A model generated the notes under the pieces. It did not search any database, had not been told where the DNA came from, and saw nothing but the letters and a program-made list of their open reading frames with translations. DNA of 28,774 bases, taken from a virus. Lineage: Duplodnaviria; Caudoviricetes. Both the position numbers and the translations under genes were made by a program. The DNA lies in IMG/VR virus record IMGVR_UViG_3300036781_000129, positions 1-28,774 of that record; one strand, given 5' to 3'. Of this stretch, positions 7,867-17,060 are shown piece by piece (the stretch's first letter is position 1; each line of letters begins with the position of its first letter).

Positions 7867-8105
7867 AGTCCTCTCTGTTGTGCCAGTGGCACCACCTTGA
7901 CCGAAGGCTTCGGAGCGGGGGCTGGATGACTATCGAACGCGCCCAGGGAATACAGGCTGATCAGCACCGTCACAGCCGCAATCACGATAGCGATGATGAT
8001 CTCGCCTGCACCCCAGAACCTGACTGTGGGCCGGGAGCTGTATCCAGGCCTGAGACCTGGAGGAATTGGACCTTCGTTCGAGAAGTGATCTGGATGCATC
8101 TTCAC
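7863..8105 (-). CDS. Small membrane protein (80 aa)
   Basis: One TM segment (IIIAIVIAAVTVLISLYSL) and a GGGAGAG RBS. Confidence 0.7.
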   Translation of the reverse strand: MKMHPDHFSNEGPIPPGLRPGYSSRPTVRFWGAGEIIIAIVIAAVTVLISLYSLGAFDSHPAPAPKPSVKVVPLAQQRGL

Positions 8106-8118
8106 GTCTCTCCCTAAC

Positions 8119-8331
8119 TTACGGATTCCAGCCTCTGAAGAGTTTAACCTCTTCGATCCATGTGTTGATTATGTCAAGTTCTCCCTGCATCCTCGCAAGG
8201 ATCTCGTTTGTTTCTTCTTCGGAGAACACCTCTTCTTCGTTGAGCTTCTTGGTCTTCGCTATGTCTTCTTCAAGCTTCTCTGAATATGCGTTGAGAGCCT
8301 GAAGAAGAATACGCTGTGCTTCGGTTGCCAT
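8119..8331 (-). CDS. Hypothetical coiled-coil protein (70 aa)
   Basis: Start reassigned to ATG 8331, which is TGATG-coupled to the upstream 53-aa ORF. Confidence 0.7.
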   Translation of the reverse strand: MATEAQRILLQALNAYSEKLEEDIAKTKKLNEEEVFSEEETNEILARMQGELDIINTWIEEVKLFRGWNP

Positions 8332-8492
8332 CAGTTCTCTTCTCTGAGAACTTCGACGTGGTCGCCAGTGAACTGCCTGCATCTTTCGGTTGGATGCTCA
8401 CTGACTTCTGCTCTGCACTTGCAGTAGAGCAAGACAGGAACATTCTTGATCAGGACAGACCTCGATGGCGTAACGACTGTGTCTTTGCGCAT
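8331..8492 (-). CDS. Small hypothetical protein (53 aa, CxC-x6-H-x4-C; not in ORF track)
   Basis: Read by hand: MRKDTVVTPSRSVLIKNVPVLLYCKCRAEVSEHPTERCRQFTGDHVEVLREEN. It has an AGGAG RBS and fills the gap exactly. Confidence 0.65.
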   Translation of the reverse strand: MRKDTVVTPSRSVLIKNVPVLLYCKCRAEVSEHPTERCRQFTGDHVEVLREEN

Positions 8493-8500
8493 TGATTCTC

Positions 8501-11500
8501 CTAACTAGTGAACCACTCAAAGTCTCCGTAATGAGAGACATTCTTGCGGGCAGCGTCTGACAGCTTCCGGAAATAGTCCATGTCGATGTCAGCTTCAAGG
8601 CCGAGCTCCTTGACGGCTACTGCTTCTCGCCAGAAGAATCCTTTAGTTCCACCGACAGAATAGTACTTTCCCTCTTTTTCGCGGAGGAGTGTCGCCCCGC
8701 CGGTTCCAGATCGAACAGGCACGAAGCTACCCGCTCGTCCAACAAAGTGAGGCTCTTCTTCGCCAGTCTGGAGATAAAGCGAAGTGGTGACCGTCTTAGT
8801 TTGGCAGTAGTCATCGAAGTTAACCTCCTCTCCGCTGAACAGAGTCTTGAACACGTATGGTTCCTGGAACTGAGCTCCGATCGCAATCCACTTACCGTAC
8901 TCAGTAAGCGCGATGTAGACCGCATCATTCACAAGACAGAATCTGTCGTAGGTCGTCTCGTGCTCGAAGTCGTACCCGTATTCTTTCCCGAAGTCTATGA
9001 CGTACTGAATGATCTCAGGCGACGCATTCGGGATCTTGATCGAATCCGTCTTGATGTGGATGACGCTGAATCCCTTGTGCTGGACAGCTTCCTTCAGCTC
9101 GATCATGAACAAGGCGCCACGCTTTGCGACGATGTTGTCCTTGTTTCGGTTGTCCCTGAACGGGTTGGGGAAGCTCGCACTTGTCAGGCCATACACGATG
9201 TTGATGACCAGCTTCAGAGCCTCTGCAAGCGCCTTAGCATCTGCCTCTGAGTCCAGGAACGGCTCAAGGGCACCGCCGAGCATTGACTTAGCTGCTCGGT
9301 AATCCTTCCGTTTGATAGCGACACGAGCATCTTTGAGGTCTGAGAACTTCTTCGTGTAAGGGCCAAATAGATCGAGCAGTACAATGGAAGTCGGGTGCAT
9401 GGAGGCAACATCCAGCACGGCGACATCTGTATACATTCCAGGTTCTGCGTAGACATAACCGCCTTCTCCTGTCACTTCGCCCTTGTACATGCTCGTACCG
9501 GCGTCGTAGTAATACCCTGGGAACGTGTTCGACAGATCTGTGTAGATGAACTCTTCCTGCACGTTCTTCGCGTCGCCGAAGATGATCTTGGCTGTGTGTC
9601 GCTGAGTCGTGTCATTCACAGTCAGACCGCTCAGTGAAGCCAGTATCTTCCTTGCGACGAAGTCTTGTTTCCGGTCATCGAATACGGCTTCCGTCGTAAC
9701 GACGTCGTTCGCACAGTAATCGGTGACCTCTTCCCATTTCTCAGGGGGAACTGGCTGATCCCATGGATAACTGAGCTCTTTGTGATTGAGTCCGAGCTCG
9801 ATCTGGAACCGCTTCAGTGACTGTCTCTTGCTCGAGAAGTCCCATACATCGGCATACGACAGGCCATATGCGTCGCCGAACATGGTGCTTTTCTCGTTTG
9901 CTACGATCCTCTGACTCAGTGCGAAGAGATCCTTCTCACTGTAGCTCATGATGCGGGCATAAAGAATGTGGTTATCGTAGCGCCGGCAATTGAAACCCAC
10001 GAGGCGAGTCTTGCAAAGCTCCTCGATTGCAGCCGGCTTCGGGTTAACCATCTTTACGACGTTCGCGTCGCCTTGGTACTTCCAGCACACTACGAAGAGG
10101 TTCGGGAATACCTCGACATCGTAGAATACAAGGCGGTCATCTTCAGCCTCAGCTGGTTCAGACTTCTCCGACTCGGACGCGAACTGCATCGACATCACTA
10201 GCTTGACGCAGTACACCGAATGGTTGGTGGATCCATTGGCGAATGCCAGTATCCTTCCACGCAGATCGGTAACGTCGTAAGGCATCCCCGAGTTCCATGC
10301 GTCCTCAAGGATCTTCCAGATGAAGTCAATGCTGGACTTCGTTCCGGGATGAATTTCCTTTCTCAGGTTCCGCAAGATCAGATCACGCAGAGCGCGTTCA
10401 CTTCTCATCGTGTCGGAATCAAGCACTTTCCTCTCCTTGTGCGGCAATCCACTTCTGATCGTCGCGATAGGAACATTGTTGCAGTTTGTCAGCCGGCGCC
10501 GAAGAGAAGCGTCGTCAGGGAAAGTTTTCACCTCGATGCCCAGGCTGTAGTCATGGCTAAGCTCTGAGTCATCTCCTTCGTAAAAGTAATGCAGATGAAT
10601 GCCAGCCCCGCCCTGGCTGAACTCCCCGTATGTTGCTGGCCACAAACTCGCGGCGGAGAGATTCTTAGCAAGGCTCTTATTACCGTCATCATCCTTGAGA
10701 TCGAAATCGATGACTATGAGTTTTCTGCCTGGCTTAATGTAGTGCAGTTTGGTTGTGTCCAGGTCCGACAGCTTTGTGCTGACTTTGGCCCAGGGTATTC
10801 CAGGCTTTCCGTCGTCTCTTGCATACTGAGCTGGTGCCTCAGCAAACAAAGCGTCGAACAACGATTCCTTGTTCTCCATCACAAGGGAAGGTGGCTCTTC
10901 ATCCTCAAGGGGGGTTATTGACAGCTTCTCGGTTTTGAAACCTGTGAACAAGCTCCAGACCTGTACACCGTCAACTCGTCCTCTTTCTGAGAAATGAGAG
11001 AAGTAGTTCCTCAGCTCATCCCTGAACCGGCCAAGGTTGAGCTTCCAGTCATAACCGCCCTCGTCACAGAACGTCTTGTAGAGTGTCCAGGCCTGCTTGA
11101 GAGTCGTCCCGTCTTGCTCCTTGAACAGCTCATAGTTTCTTGCCAGGAAATTGTAGAACACGTCAGTCCTGACAATCATGTCTGTTGGACGGTAACGGGA
11201 GAAGTAATTCGGTCCACGGCTTCTGTAATGCTCCAGGCAGTGATGCGCTATGGCGCCCAGCTCAAATGCGATTCCGTGTTTGGCTGCGTCGTATTCATTC
11301 ACAGGAAGAAGATCTCCTGTGGGATGAACATCAATCAGCCGGCGGATAAGACCCGACTTGGCGTCTGTGATCCTGACTGACTGATTCGAGCCGACAAACA
11401 GCAGAGCGTTGATTCTTCCTTGATATGGCGATCTGTACTTCTCATTGATGATGATGTCTTCATGCGACACGATCGAATTGAGCTGTGTATTGTCCTCGAT

Positions 11501-12196
11501 CTTTGAAAGGTCACCATCATGCTGAATCGCCACAAGAGGATTGTTCTTGAAGGATTCTGATGCGAACGCATTGCTCGAACCAGTCAGCGCCTTCGCATCG
11601 AAGACCGCTGTATATCCTTCGAACAGCATCTTGAGGATGTCCAGAAACGTCGACTTGCCCGTTCCTGCCTCTCCATACAGAACGAAGAACTTCTGGATCT
11701 TCTTGGAATCCCCAGACAAGATTGAGCCAATCGCCCATTCAAGCTTATCTCGTTCTTCAGGGGCGTAGAGCGTTCCCATCAACTTGTCATAGGCGACTGT
11801 AGGACCTGCTTCCAGTGCGTAAGGAAGCCGTCTTGTGCAGTAATCTCCTTTCTTCGGCGGCGTGTTAGAAAATGCCAGTACTCCGTCTAGCTGCTGGTGA
11901 GAACTTGGAAGATTACCAGCGTAGCTGCGGAAGTCCTTCCATACATTACTCTTATAGCTACTGAGAGATTTGACACGAATCGATCCCTCAAGCTTATCCG
12001 CATGAGCGTACAGATCAGCATCGACAAGGCGCTGGACGTCATACTCGTTAAGTGACCACAGTCCAGTTTCCTCGTCCCACACCGCATAGAAGGAACCGCC
12101 ACGAATCATCAGGTCTTTTGACGGGCGGACGATGAAGTCCGGGTAAATCTCAATACCGGTCTTCGTCTCTCGCTCTCTGACCTGATAGAAATCCAT
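8501..12196 (-). CDS. Multifunctional replicase: SF3 (D5-like) helicase + PrimPol/primase + 3'-5' exonuclease + family B DNA polymerase (1231 aa)
   Basis: Walker A GEAGTGKST. Primase-polymerase motifs VIDFD and SQGGAGIHLHY. Exo I/II/III FYDVEVF, GFNCRRYD, YCANDV. PolB motifs DVASMHP, KLVINIVYG, IKTDS. Confidence 0.9.
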   Translation of the reverse strand: MDFYQVRERETKTGIEIYPDFIVRPSKDLMIRGGSFYAVWDEETGLWSLNEYDVQRLVDADLYAHADKLEGSIRVKSLSSYKSNVWKDFRSYAGNLPSSHQQLDGVLAFSNTPPKKGDYCTRRLPYALEAGPTVAYDKLMGTLYAPEERDKLEWAIGSILSGDSKKIQKFFVLYGEAGTGKSTFLDILKMLFEGYTAVFDAKALTGSSNAFASESFKNNPLVAIQHDGDLSKIEDNTQLNSIVSHEDIIINEKYRSPYQGRINALLFVGSNQSVRITDAKSGLIRRLIDVHPTGDLLPVNEYDAAKHGIAFELGAIAHHCLEHYRSRGPNYFSRYRPTDMIVRTDVFYNFLARNYELFKEQDGTTLKQAWTLYKTFCDEGGYDWKLNLGRFRDELRNYFSHFSERGRVDGVQVWSLFTGFKTEKLSITPLEDEEPPSLVMENKESLFDALFAEAPAQYARDDGKPGIPWAKVSTKLSDLDTTKLHYIKPGRKLIVIDFDLKDDDGNKSLAKNLSAASLWPATYGEFSQGGAGIHLHYFYEGDDSELSHDYSLGIEVKTFPDDASLRRRLTNCNNVPIATIRSGLPHKERKVLDSDTMRSERALRDLILRNLRKEIHPGTKSSIDFIWKILEDAWNSGMPYDVTDLRGRILAFANGSTNHSVYCVKLVMSMQFASESEKSEPAEAEDDRLVFYDVEVFPNLFVVCWKYQGDANVVKMVNPKPAAIEELCKTRLVGFNCRRYDNHILYARIMSYSEKDLFALSQRIVANEKSTMFGDAYGLSYADVWDFSSKRQSLKRFQIELGLNHKELSYPWDQPVPPEKWEEVTDYCANDVVTTEAVFDDRKQDFVARKILASLSGLTVNDTTQRHTAKIIFGDAKNVQEEFIYTDLSNTFPGYYYDAGTSMYKGEVTGEGGYVYAEPGMYTDVAVLDVASMHPTSIVLLDLFGPYTKKFSDLKDARVAIKRKDYRAAKSMLGGALEPFLDSEADAKALAEALKLVINIVYGLTSASFPNPFRDNRNKDNIVAKRGALFMIELKEAVQHKGFSVIHIKTDSIKIPNASPEIIQYVIDFGKEYGYDFEHETTYDRFCLVNDAVYIALTEYGKWIAIGAQFQEPYVFKTLFSGEEVNFDDYCQTKTVTTSLYLQTGEEEPHFVGRAGSFVPVRSGTGGATLLREKEGKYYSVGGTKGFFWREAVAVKELGLEADIDMDYFRKLSDAARKNVSHYGDFEWFTS

Positions 12197-12217
12197 TCAA
12201 GTTCCTCCCTTGCATGT

Positions 12218-12757
12218 CTAGTAGAGACGGTTTTCATTCATGTACGCACCCATCTGGTACCAGAGTTCTACTCGTCTCTGGTCCTTCAAGGGACGCATTA
12301 GAGGAAACAGCCCACCTGAGCCGCGGGCTGTGTATCTCCGGTTGTTGAATCTGTTGAGGCTACTGACGATTCGTCTTTGCGAGGCAGAAAGAGAGTAACA
12401 GTAGGGGTCACTGAGATGATCCAGTTTCAGATTTTGCAGGAATATGCCGAACCACATGGCCATGTCCTGCTCAACCATGACACTGGCTCTCTTTGCAAGA
12501 GCAACCAGGACCTCGAATATGCTTACTTCTCTTTCGTACAGCACCACACCCGAACGGTTTTTCATGAACGTATTACGAAGTTCGAAAGCGTCACCTTGAC
12601 GGTTCTCGTCCATCGCGATAAGAACCTTGAATGGAATCTCGTGCATGATCTCACATACCTGGGTATAGCTGTGTGGCGAATCGACGTCCCGGACTGTACA
12701 CACCTGGTTGTAAAGCCAGATGAAATACAGTCCGGGCAACCGACTGTCGGACATCAA
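12218..12757 (-). CDS. Conserved phage hypothetical protein (179 aa)
   Basis: DENR..D...LR, EVLVALA.R, G.GGLFPL and DQR.VELWYQM motifs. Coupled to the upstream gene. Confidence 0.8.
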   Translation of the reverse strand: MMSDSRLPGLYFIWLYNQVCTVRDVDSPHSYTQVCEIMHEIPFKVLIAMDENRQGDAFELRNTFMKNRSGVVLYEREVSIFEVLVALAKRASVMVEQDMAMWFGIFLQNLKLDHLSDPYCYSLSASQRRIVSSLNRFNNRRYTARGSGGLFPLMRPLKDQRRVELWYQMGAYMNENRLY

Positions 12758-13497
12758 GTCCCCTTTCCGGCCGGATTGCCGTAGTTGAGGACTGCTTCCG
12801 CGTACGACTGGGCACTCAGAATGATCTCGAAGTCGATCTCGAGATCTTCGTTCCTGACGTATCTGATATGCGGGTCTTGGGAGATTCCGCCGAAACTCAG
12901 AGCCGACAAAGGCCCGACCGTCTTGAGGATGTCCCTGATGGGCAACTCCTGGTCGTCGGCGAGCACTTTGTCACCAGCATAGTACGTAATGGTGAGCTGC
13001 TGAATGCCTGGACCGGATTCTCCGAACTCTTGGACCGAAATGGCATACGGCTTGCTCGTGTCTCGCGGAGTAATGTCTATGTCTCCAGACTTTTCGGGCG
13101 AAGACGTCTCAGCATCTCCATCCCCCAAGTCCAGCTTGTCTCTTCCAGCCAGTCCGTCTTCGCCATCACCTCCGCCAGACTGCTTGTCATCAGGATCGGC
13201 TGTGGCTGGGATATCGTCAGTGATTCTGAAGGAATCGACCACAATCCCGGACTCGTAGTCCACGGTGGGTGGCCCGACGATTCCGTGATCACCTTGGCTG
13301 GCCACAAAATCAGCTCTGGCATCGGCGGCTCGTTTTGAATAATGGGCCTTGACTGCTTCGACCTCGTCGTCGAGACGTGCTGCGAGTCTTTGCTCCAGCA
13401 CGACGCGAGCATACTGGTAACCAGCAAGCCCACCGAGGCCAAAGCCGACCAGAGCACCACCCAGAACAGACACGACATCTATCCTCATCCTCTCCAT
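12754..13497 (-). CDS. Conserved phage hypothetical protein with N-terminal hydrophobic helix and acidic linker (247 aa)
   Basis: N-terminal GGALVGFGLGGLAG segment. C-terminal PYAIS..EF...LTITYY..D.VLAD...YVRN domain. Confidence 0.8.
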   Translation of the reverse strand: MERMRIDVVSVLGGALVGFGLGGLAGYQYARVVLEQRLAARLDDEVEAVKAHYSKRAADARADFVASQGDHGIVGPPTVDYESGIVVDSFRITDDIPATADPDDKQSGGGDGEDGLAGRDKLDLGDGDAETSSPEKSGDIDITPRDTSKPYAISVQEFGESGPGIQQLTITYYAGDKVLADDQELPIRDILKTVGPLSALSFGGISQDPHIRYVRNEDLEIDFEIILSAQSYAEAVLNYGNPAGKGT

Positions 13498-13498
13498 A

Positions 13499-14368
13499 TC
13501 AGATCCTTATCGGGCCGTCGACGTTGAAGTCGAGGAGAACAGTGTGCTCGATGAGATTCACGAACGCACGGTTCCCTTCGTCTCCGATCGAATAGAGACC
13601 GAAGTCGACGAAGCCGTCTCCATCTCCCTTGAGCTTCCAGCCCACGATCTGCCCGGCCTGCGAGCGTTCCAGGCCAAGCGCCTCATAGACCTCGTTCAGG
13701 AAGACATATCCATATGCGCGCAGGCGGTCATTAGCCCAGTCCTGCTGACTGCGAAGAAAGAGAAGGTTGTACTCCGGGGTCTTCGTCCAGTTACGGCTGG
13801 CTTCATCGAAGAACCTGGCGTACGGAGACGGCGGGATGTTTGCAGGATCAATGATCTCGCAAGCCTCTCCTTGCTCATTGAAGCTTTCGATCGCCCGCAC
13901 GTTTCTGTACAGAGCCTCCTCTTCCTCCTCTCCGAGCCTCTCAGAGACACGCTTCCTGTACGCCTTGTATCCGGCGTCCAGAGCTGTGTACGCAGCCAGC
14001 AGACTTGCCTGGCGCTTGAGCATTATGCCGTGAGCACTGAGAATGCAGACGATGGAAGCTGAGCCGATGATGAGCGGCGGCGCATACGCCTTGGCAAGGA
14101 TCACACCGCTTTCGGCATAAGCCTTGCCAAGACGCTCCACCTTCTGCCTGTCGTTGTCCTCTTCGAGCGTGGACAGGATCCTGGCGTTCTTCAGCTTGCC
14201 GTCGACGACAGCGAACTTGTCTTCGGCCTTTCTTGTGGCGATGACGGTCAGTGCAGTGGTCGCGATGAAACCCACCACGCCGGCGCCGGTGAGGAGCGTT
14301 GGGCCATTCTTGCTGAAGAAGAACCTTGTCGAGCCGACGGCTCGTGTTGCGAATACTGGTGGTTTCAT
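13499..14368 (-). CDS. DUF6353-like phage protein (289 aa)
   Basis: N-terminal PTLLTGAGVVG, AAYTALD..YK.YR.RV, and C-terminal G.VFLNEVY..LG....AGQIVGW and LDFNVDG. Confidence 0.8.
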   Translation of the reverse strand: MKPPVFATRAVGSTRFFFSKNGPTLLTGAGVVGFIATTALTVIATRKAEDKFAVVDGKLKNARILSTLEEDNDRQKVERLGKAYAESGVILAKAYAPPLIIGSASIVCILSAHGIMLKRQASLLAAYTALDAGYKAYRKRVSERLGEEEEEALYRNVRAIESFNEQGEACEIIDPANIPPSPYARFFDEASRNWTKTPEYNLLFLRSQQDWANDRLRAYGYVFLNEVYEALGLERSQAGQIVGWKLKGDGDGFVDFGLYSIGDEGNRAFVNLIEHTVLLDFNVDGPIRI

Positions 14369-14390
14369 CTTGTTCCTCGTTCTTGGTTGG

Positions 14391-14981
14391 TTAGTAAGAC
14401 CAGGCCGCGATCGGCTGGCCGTCGATGTTCGGGGCGTACACGATCTGACCGTGCGGGCGGGGGACGTCGAACGCGACCCAGCCCGAAGAAGACTGGCCGG
14501 CTCCCAGATTTGCCGTCACGTCCTCGTTCTCCTGTGCCGAGTTCAGCGCCTCGAACGAGTTCCCGGTGTCAGTTGCGAACACGCGGCCACCGTTCATGAC
14601 GTCACTGAAGTCGAACGTGTTGATCTGGAACCCATCACGGTACATCGAGTCGGCCGCAGCAGTGACATGAGCGACGACGTACCAGCCGTTGGCCGGCGCT
14701 TCGCCGAACTCGGGATCAGACGGGCGCTGGGTCACGGTCACCTTGTCGACCGAGACGGTTCCCTCTTCGTTGTTCTGGTTGTCGCCGATGTCAGCGTGAT
14801 CACCGATCTTCAGCTGGGCTGGCCCCACAGGAGCCGACGTCGACGAAACTGCAGCAGGCCTCGCCACTGGGGAAGCCTTGGCCGCGGGAGTTGCGTGCTG
14901 GGTTCCTCCGCAGGCACTCACGATCATGAGCAAACCCACGACGAGAACCACGATACCCATGATGCGCTTCTTGTTAAGCAT
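14391..14981 (-). CDS. Lipoprotein (DUF4352-like)
   Basis: Signal peptide MLNKKR + hydrophobic core + VSAC lipobox, Ala/Pro linker, LKIGD and GQSSSGWVAFDVP. Start reassigned to ATG 14981 (AAAGAGG RBS). Confidence 0.75.
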   Translation of the reverse strand: MLNKKRIMGIVVLVVGLLMIVSACGGTQHATPAAKASPVARPAAVSSTSAPVGPAQLKIGDHADIGDNQNNEEGTVSVDKVTVTQRPSDPEFGEAPANGWYVVAHVTAAADSMYRDGFQINTFDFSDVMNGGRVFATDTGNSFEALNSAQENEDVTANLGAGQSSSGWVAFDVPRPHGQIVYAPNIDGQPIAAWSY

Positions 14982-15146
14982 GAGAACTACCTCTTTCCTG
15001 GTTTTCTTGAGTACTACGTTTGTTTGTGATTCTCTGATAGATGACGAACACTTGCTCATCTGTCATATGCAAGACGCGGGCCTTCCATTTCATGCTTCCT
15101 GGATAGGCCTGTATGATCGCGCCTCGCATCTGGTCGGTCGTCATGA

Positions 15147-15791
15147 CTAAGTGATGGGCTGAGTCCGCGGAAGGTTAAGGAGATAGCCTCCGCGGATCGC
15201 ACGAACACTGGCCGACCGAAGATCGTACCAGCCCCATTTGTCGTCGGTGAACTCGCCGGTCAGTCCGACAAGATCGTAGAGATCGGAGACTGTTGCTACT
15301 TCGTACTGACTGATCAGATCACGCAACCGGTCGAGTACGTCTTCAGCTTCTCCGCGGCTTTCGAGGATGATGTCACTAAAGTTGTGAGTTGCCCTGTCTT
15401 GCCTGGACATCTCACGTCGTCGTTCCATCTGCTGACCTAGCCGGCTGTAATTCGTGTAGCCAGGCCTGCTAGAAGACTGACGTGGTCTTGAGTCGCCGAA
15501 CAGAATTCTCTCGATTCCCTGGCTGACCGCATCCGAAACCATGTTTTTGGCTGCGGGTACCAGTACTTCCATGACGACGTAACTGACCACAGTGTGCGAA
15601 TCTTCGCTGAAGAAAGTCTGAGACATTCTCTCAATGACACCTCTCTTCCGCTTGACTGCTTCACCCTCGATTACCTTCTCAGGGCGAGCTTTCTCCTGAG
15701 GTTTGAGCTGTGCTTTCCTTGAGTTGGCGGGATAATCCACACGGACTTTGCTCTGGCGTCCGCTGCCAATATCGACATTCATTTCACTCAT
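15147..15791 (-). CDS. Conserved phage hypothetical protein
   Basis: YPANS.K, EVLVPAAK, R.EAE.VL..L...I..Y..ATV.DLYDLVG and D.KWGW motifs. Start at ATG 15791 (AAGGA RBS). Confidence 0.8.
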   Translation of the reverse strand: MSEMNVDIGSGRQSKVRVDYPANSRKAQLKPQEKARPEKVIEGEAVKRKRGVIERMSQTFFSEDSHTVVSYVVMEVLVPAAKNMVSDAVSQGIERILFGDSRPRQSSSRPGYTNYSRLGQQMERRREMSRQDRATHNFSDIILESRGEAEDVLDRLRDLISQYEVATVSDLYDLVGLTGEFTDDKWGWYDLRSASVRAIRGGYLLNLPRTQPIT

Positions 15792-15931
15792 AGTGTTCCT
15801 TAACGTAGATGAAGGGCACATGCCTGGCGCAGGGCGGGGGGGGGTTGCCCAAGAATCGCCGGCTTTATTGTCGTTTAAGCTCGAGGACTGGAGACAGGGA
15901 GACCAGTCCAGAGTCCCTCCAGAAATGAACG

Positions 15932-16588
15932 TCAGACAGGCGGTTCCCAGTCAGTGCTCTTCCGGCGCATGGCGTCCAGAAGCTGAGCCCTGGTCATCGC
16001 AGTGAGCTCGTTGTCAGTGGGATGCCTGTAGGCCCACGCCACGAGTTTTCCGTTCTTGATCCTGGGCTCCTTCAGACCAGTCATCTTGTCCTGTTCGGCT
16101 TCGGTTGGCCCGACATCGATGGAAGCGTTTTTGACGATCGGCCTTCCGGGCCAGGCTCCCTGCTTGTCCAGGCCGTGCGGATCGGGCAGACCTGCCGCCA
16201 CGATCGCCTTCACGACGTCGGGCTCACTGGCAAGGTCCTTGGGGACCACGCCGTTGATGAACTCCGCCGCAAGACCCGGGTCCGTTAGCAGCTGGCCGTA
16301 GAACTGATCGAAGGCCGGCGATGTCAGGAACTCGTTCGAGATCTCATCGGACTTCACGAACTTGCTCCCAGTCTCACGATGGCCGTAGGACTTGGAGATG
16401 ATGAACTTGAAGGTGTCGAGGATCTGCTTCGGGTCTCCGGACTCGGTGATGGCCTGCAGCTTGGCCGACATGCCTCCTTCCTCAGCCAGTTCCAGGTCGA
16501 TCAGCTCCAGCTTGCTGAGGTGAAAGTAGTGTTCCTCTGTCACCTCCTCGTCGTCGAAGTTGGTGTACGTGATGGACTGCCTGATCAT
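15932..16588 (-). CDS. Conserved phage hypothetical protein (218 aa)
   Basis: ITYTNFD.....E..YFHLSK.EL...SYG....FVKS....EF..SPAF motif. ATGA-coupled with a GGAGG RBS. Confidence 0.8.
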   Translation of the reverse strand: MIRQSITYTNFDDEEVTEEHYFHLSKLELIDLELAEEGGMSAKLQAITESGDPKQILDTFKFIISKSYGHRETGSKFVKSDEISNEFLTSPAFDQFYGQLLTDPGLAAEFINGVVPKDLASEPDVVKAIVAAGLPDPHGLDKQGAWPGRPIVKNASIDVGPTEAEQDKMTGLKEPRIKNGKLVAWAYRHPTDNELTAMTRAQLLDAMRRKSTDWEPPV

Positions 16589-16938
16589 TCGGTCCCTCCC
16601 GCAGGGATCTTGAAGTTGTTGAGCTTCTTGTATACGTCCATGTAGAACTCTTCTTTGTGACCGTTGAAAGTCACTTCCCAGAGGATGCCGCGGACGACGC
16701 CTGAAGCTATGATCGTCTTCCAGTTCCCGAGAATCTTCGAGAACCAGACGATATAAATCATGTCAGGCGTGAGTTCTGGAGACTTGATGACGTCCCTGTG
16801 ATCGTTGTAGTTCGCAACGACCATCGCCTTCGCCCTCTCCATGAACTTCTCAGCCTCGACGGGCCTGTTGGCTCGCCTTGCCTGAGACGGAGTCATGAGA
16901 ACCGGAGATGGAGTTACGGCTACTATTCCCTCTGGCAT
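16585..16938 (-). CDS. DUF6275-like phage protein, second paralogue (117 aa)
   Basis: IYIVWFSKILGNWK...EVTFNG.KEE.Y.DVYKK aligns with 7005-7283. AAGGAG RBS. Confidence 0.75.
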   Translation of the reverse strand: MPEGIVAVTPSPVLMTPSQARRANRPVEAEKFMERAKAMVVANYNDHRDVIKSPELTPDMIYIVWFSKILGNWKTIIASGVVRGILWEVTFNGHKEEFYMDVYKKLNNFKIPAGGTE

Positions 16939-16964
16939 AAATATCTCCTTGTAGGTTTACTTCG

Positions 16965-17006
16965 AAAAATGCTAGACCACGAGTTTTGTGTATTATCTCG
17001 TGATCT
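16965..17006 (-). terminator. Intrinsic terminator-like hairpin
   Basis: GACCACGAG (16975-16983) and CTCGTGATC (16997-17005) form a stem, followed on the minus strand by TAGCATTTTT. Confidence 0.55.
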
Positions 17007-17032
17007 TCGATTCGCTTAATGGCGAATCTGGT

Positions 17033-17060
17033 TTCACTATAGTCCGTGTAATTCCTGCGA
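17033..17060 (-). promoter_or_regulatory. Phage promoter-like motif, copy 2
   Basis: Minus strand TCGCAGGAATTACACGGACTATAGTGAA. Confidence 0.7.

Noticed and set aside
8398-8598. 66-aa ORF overlapping the replicase end
   Set aside because: The 8331-8492 frame has a proper RBS and stop-start coupling.
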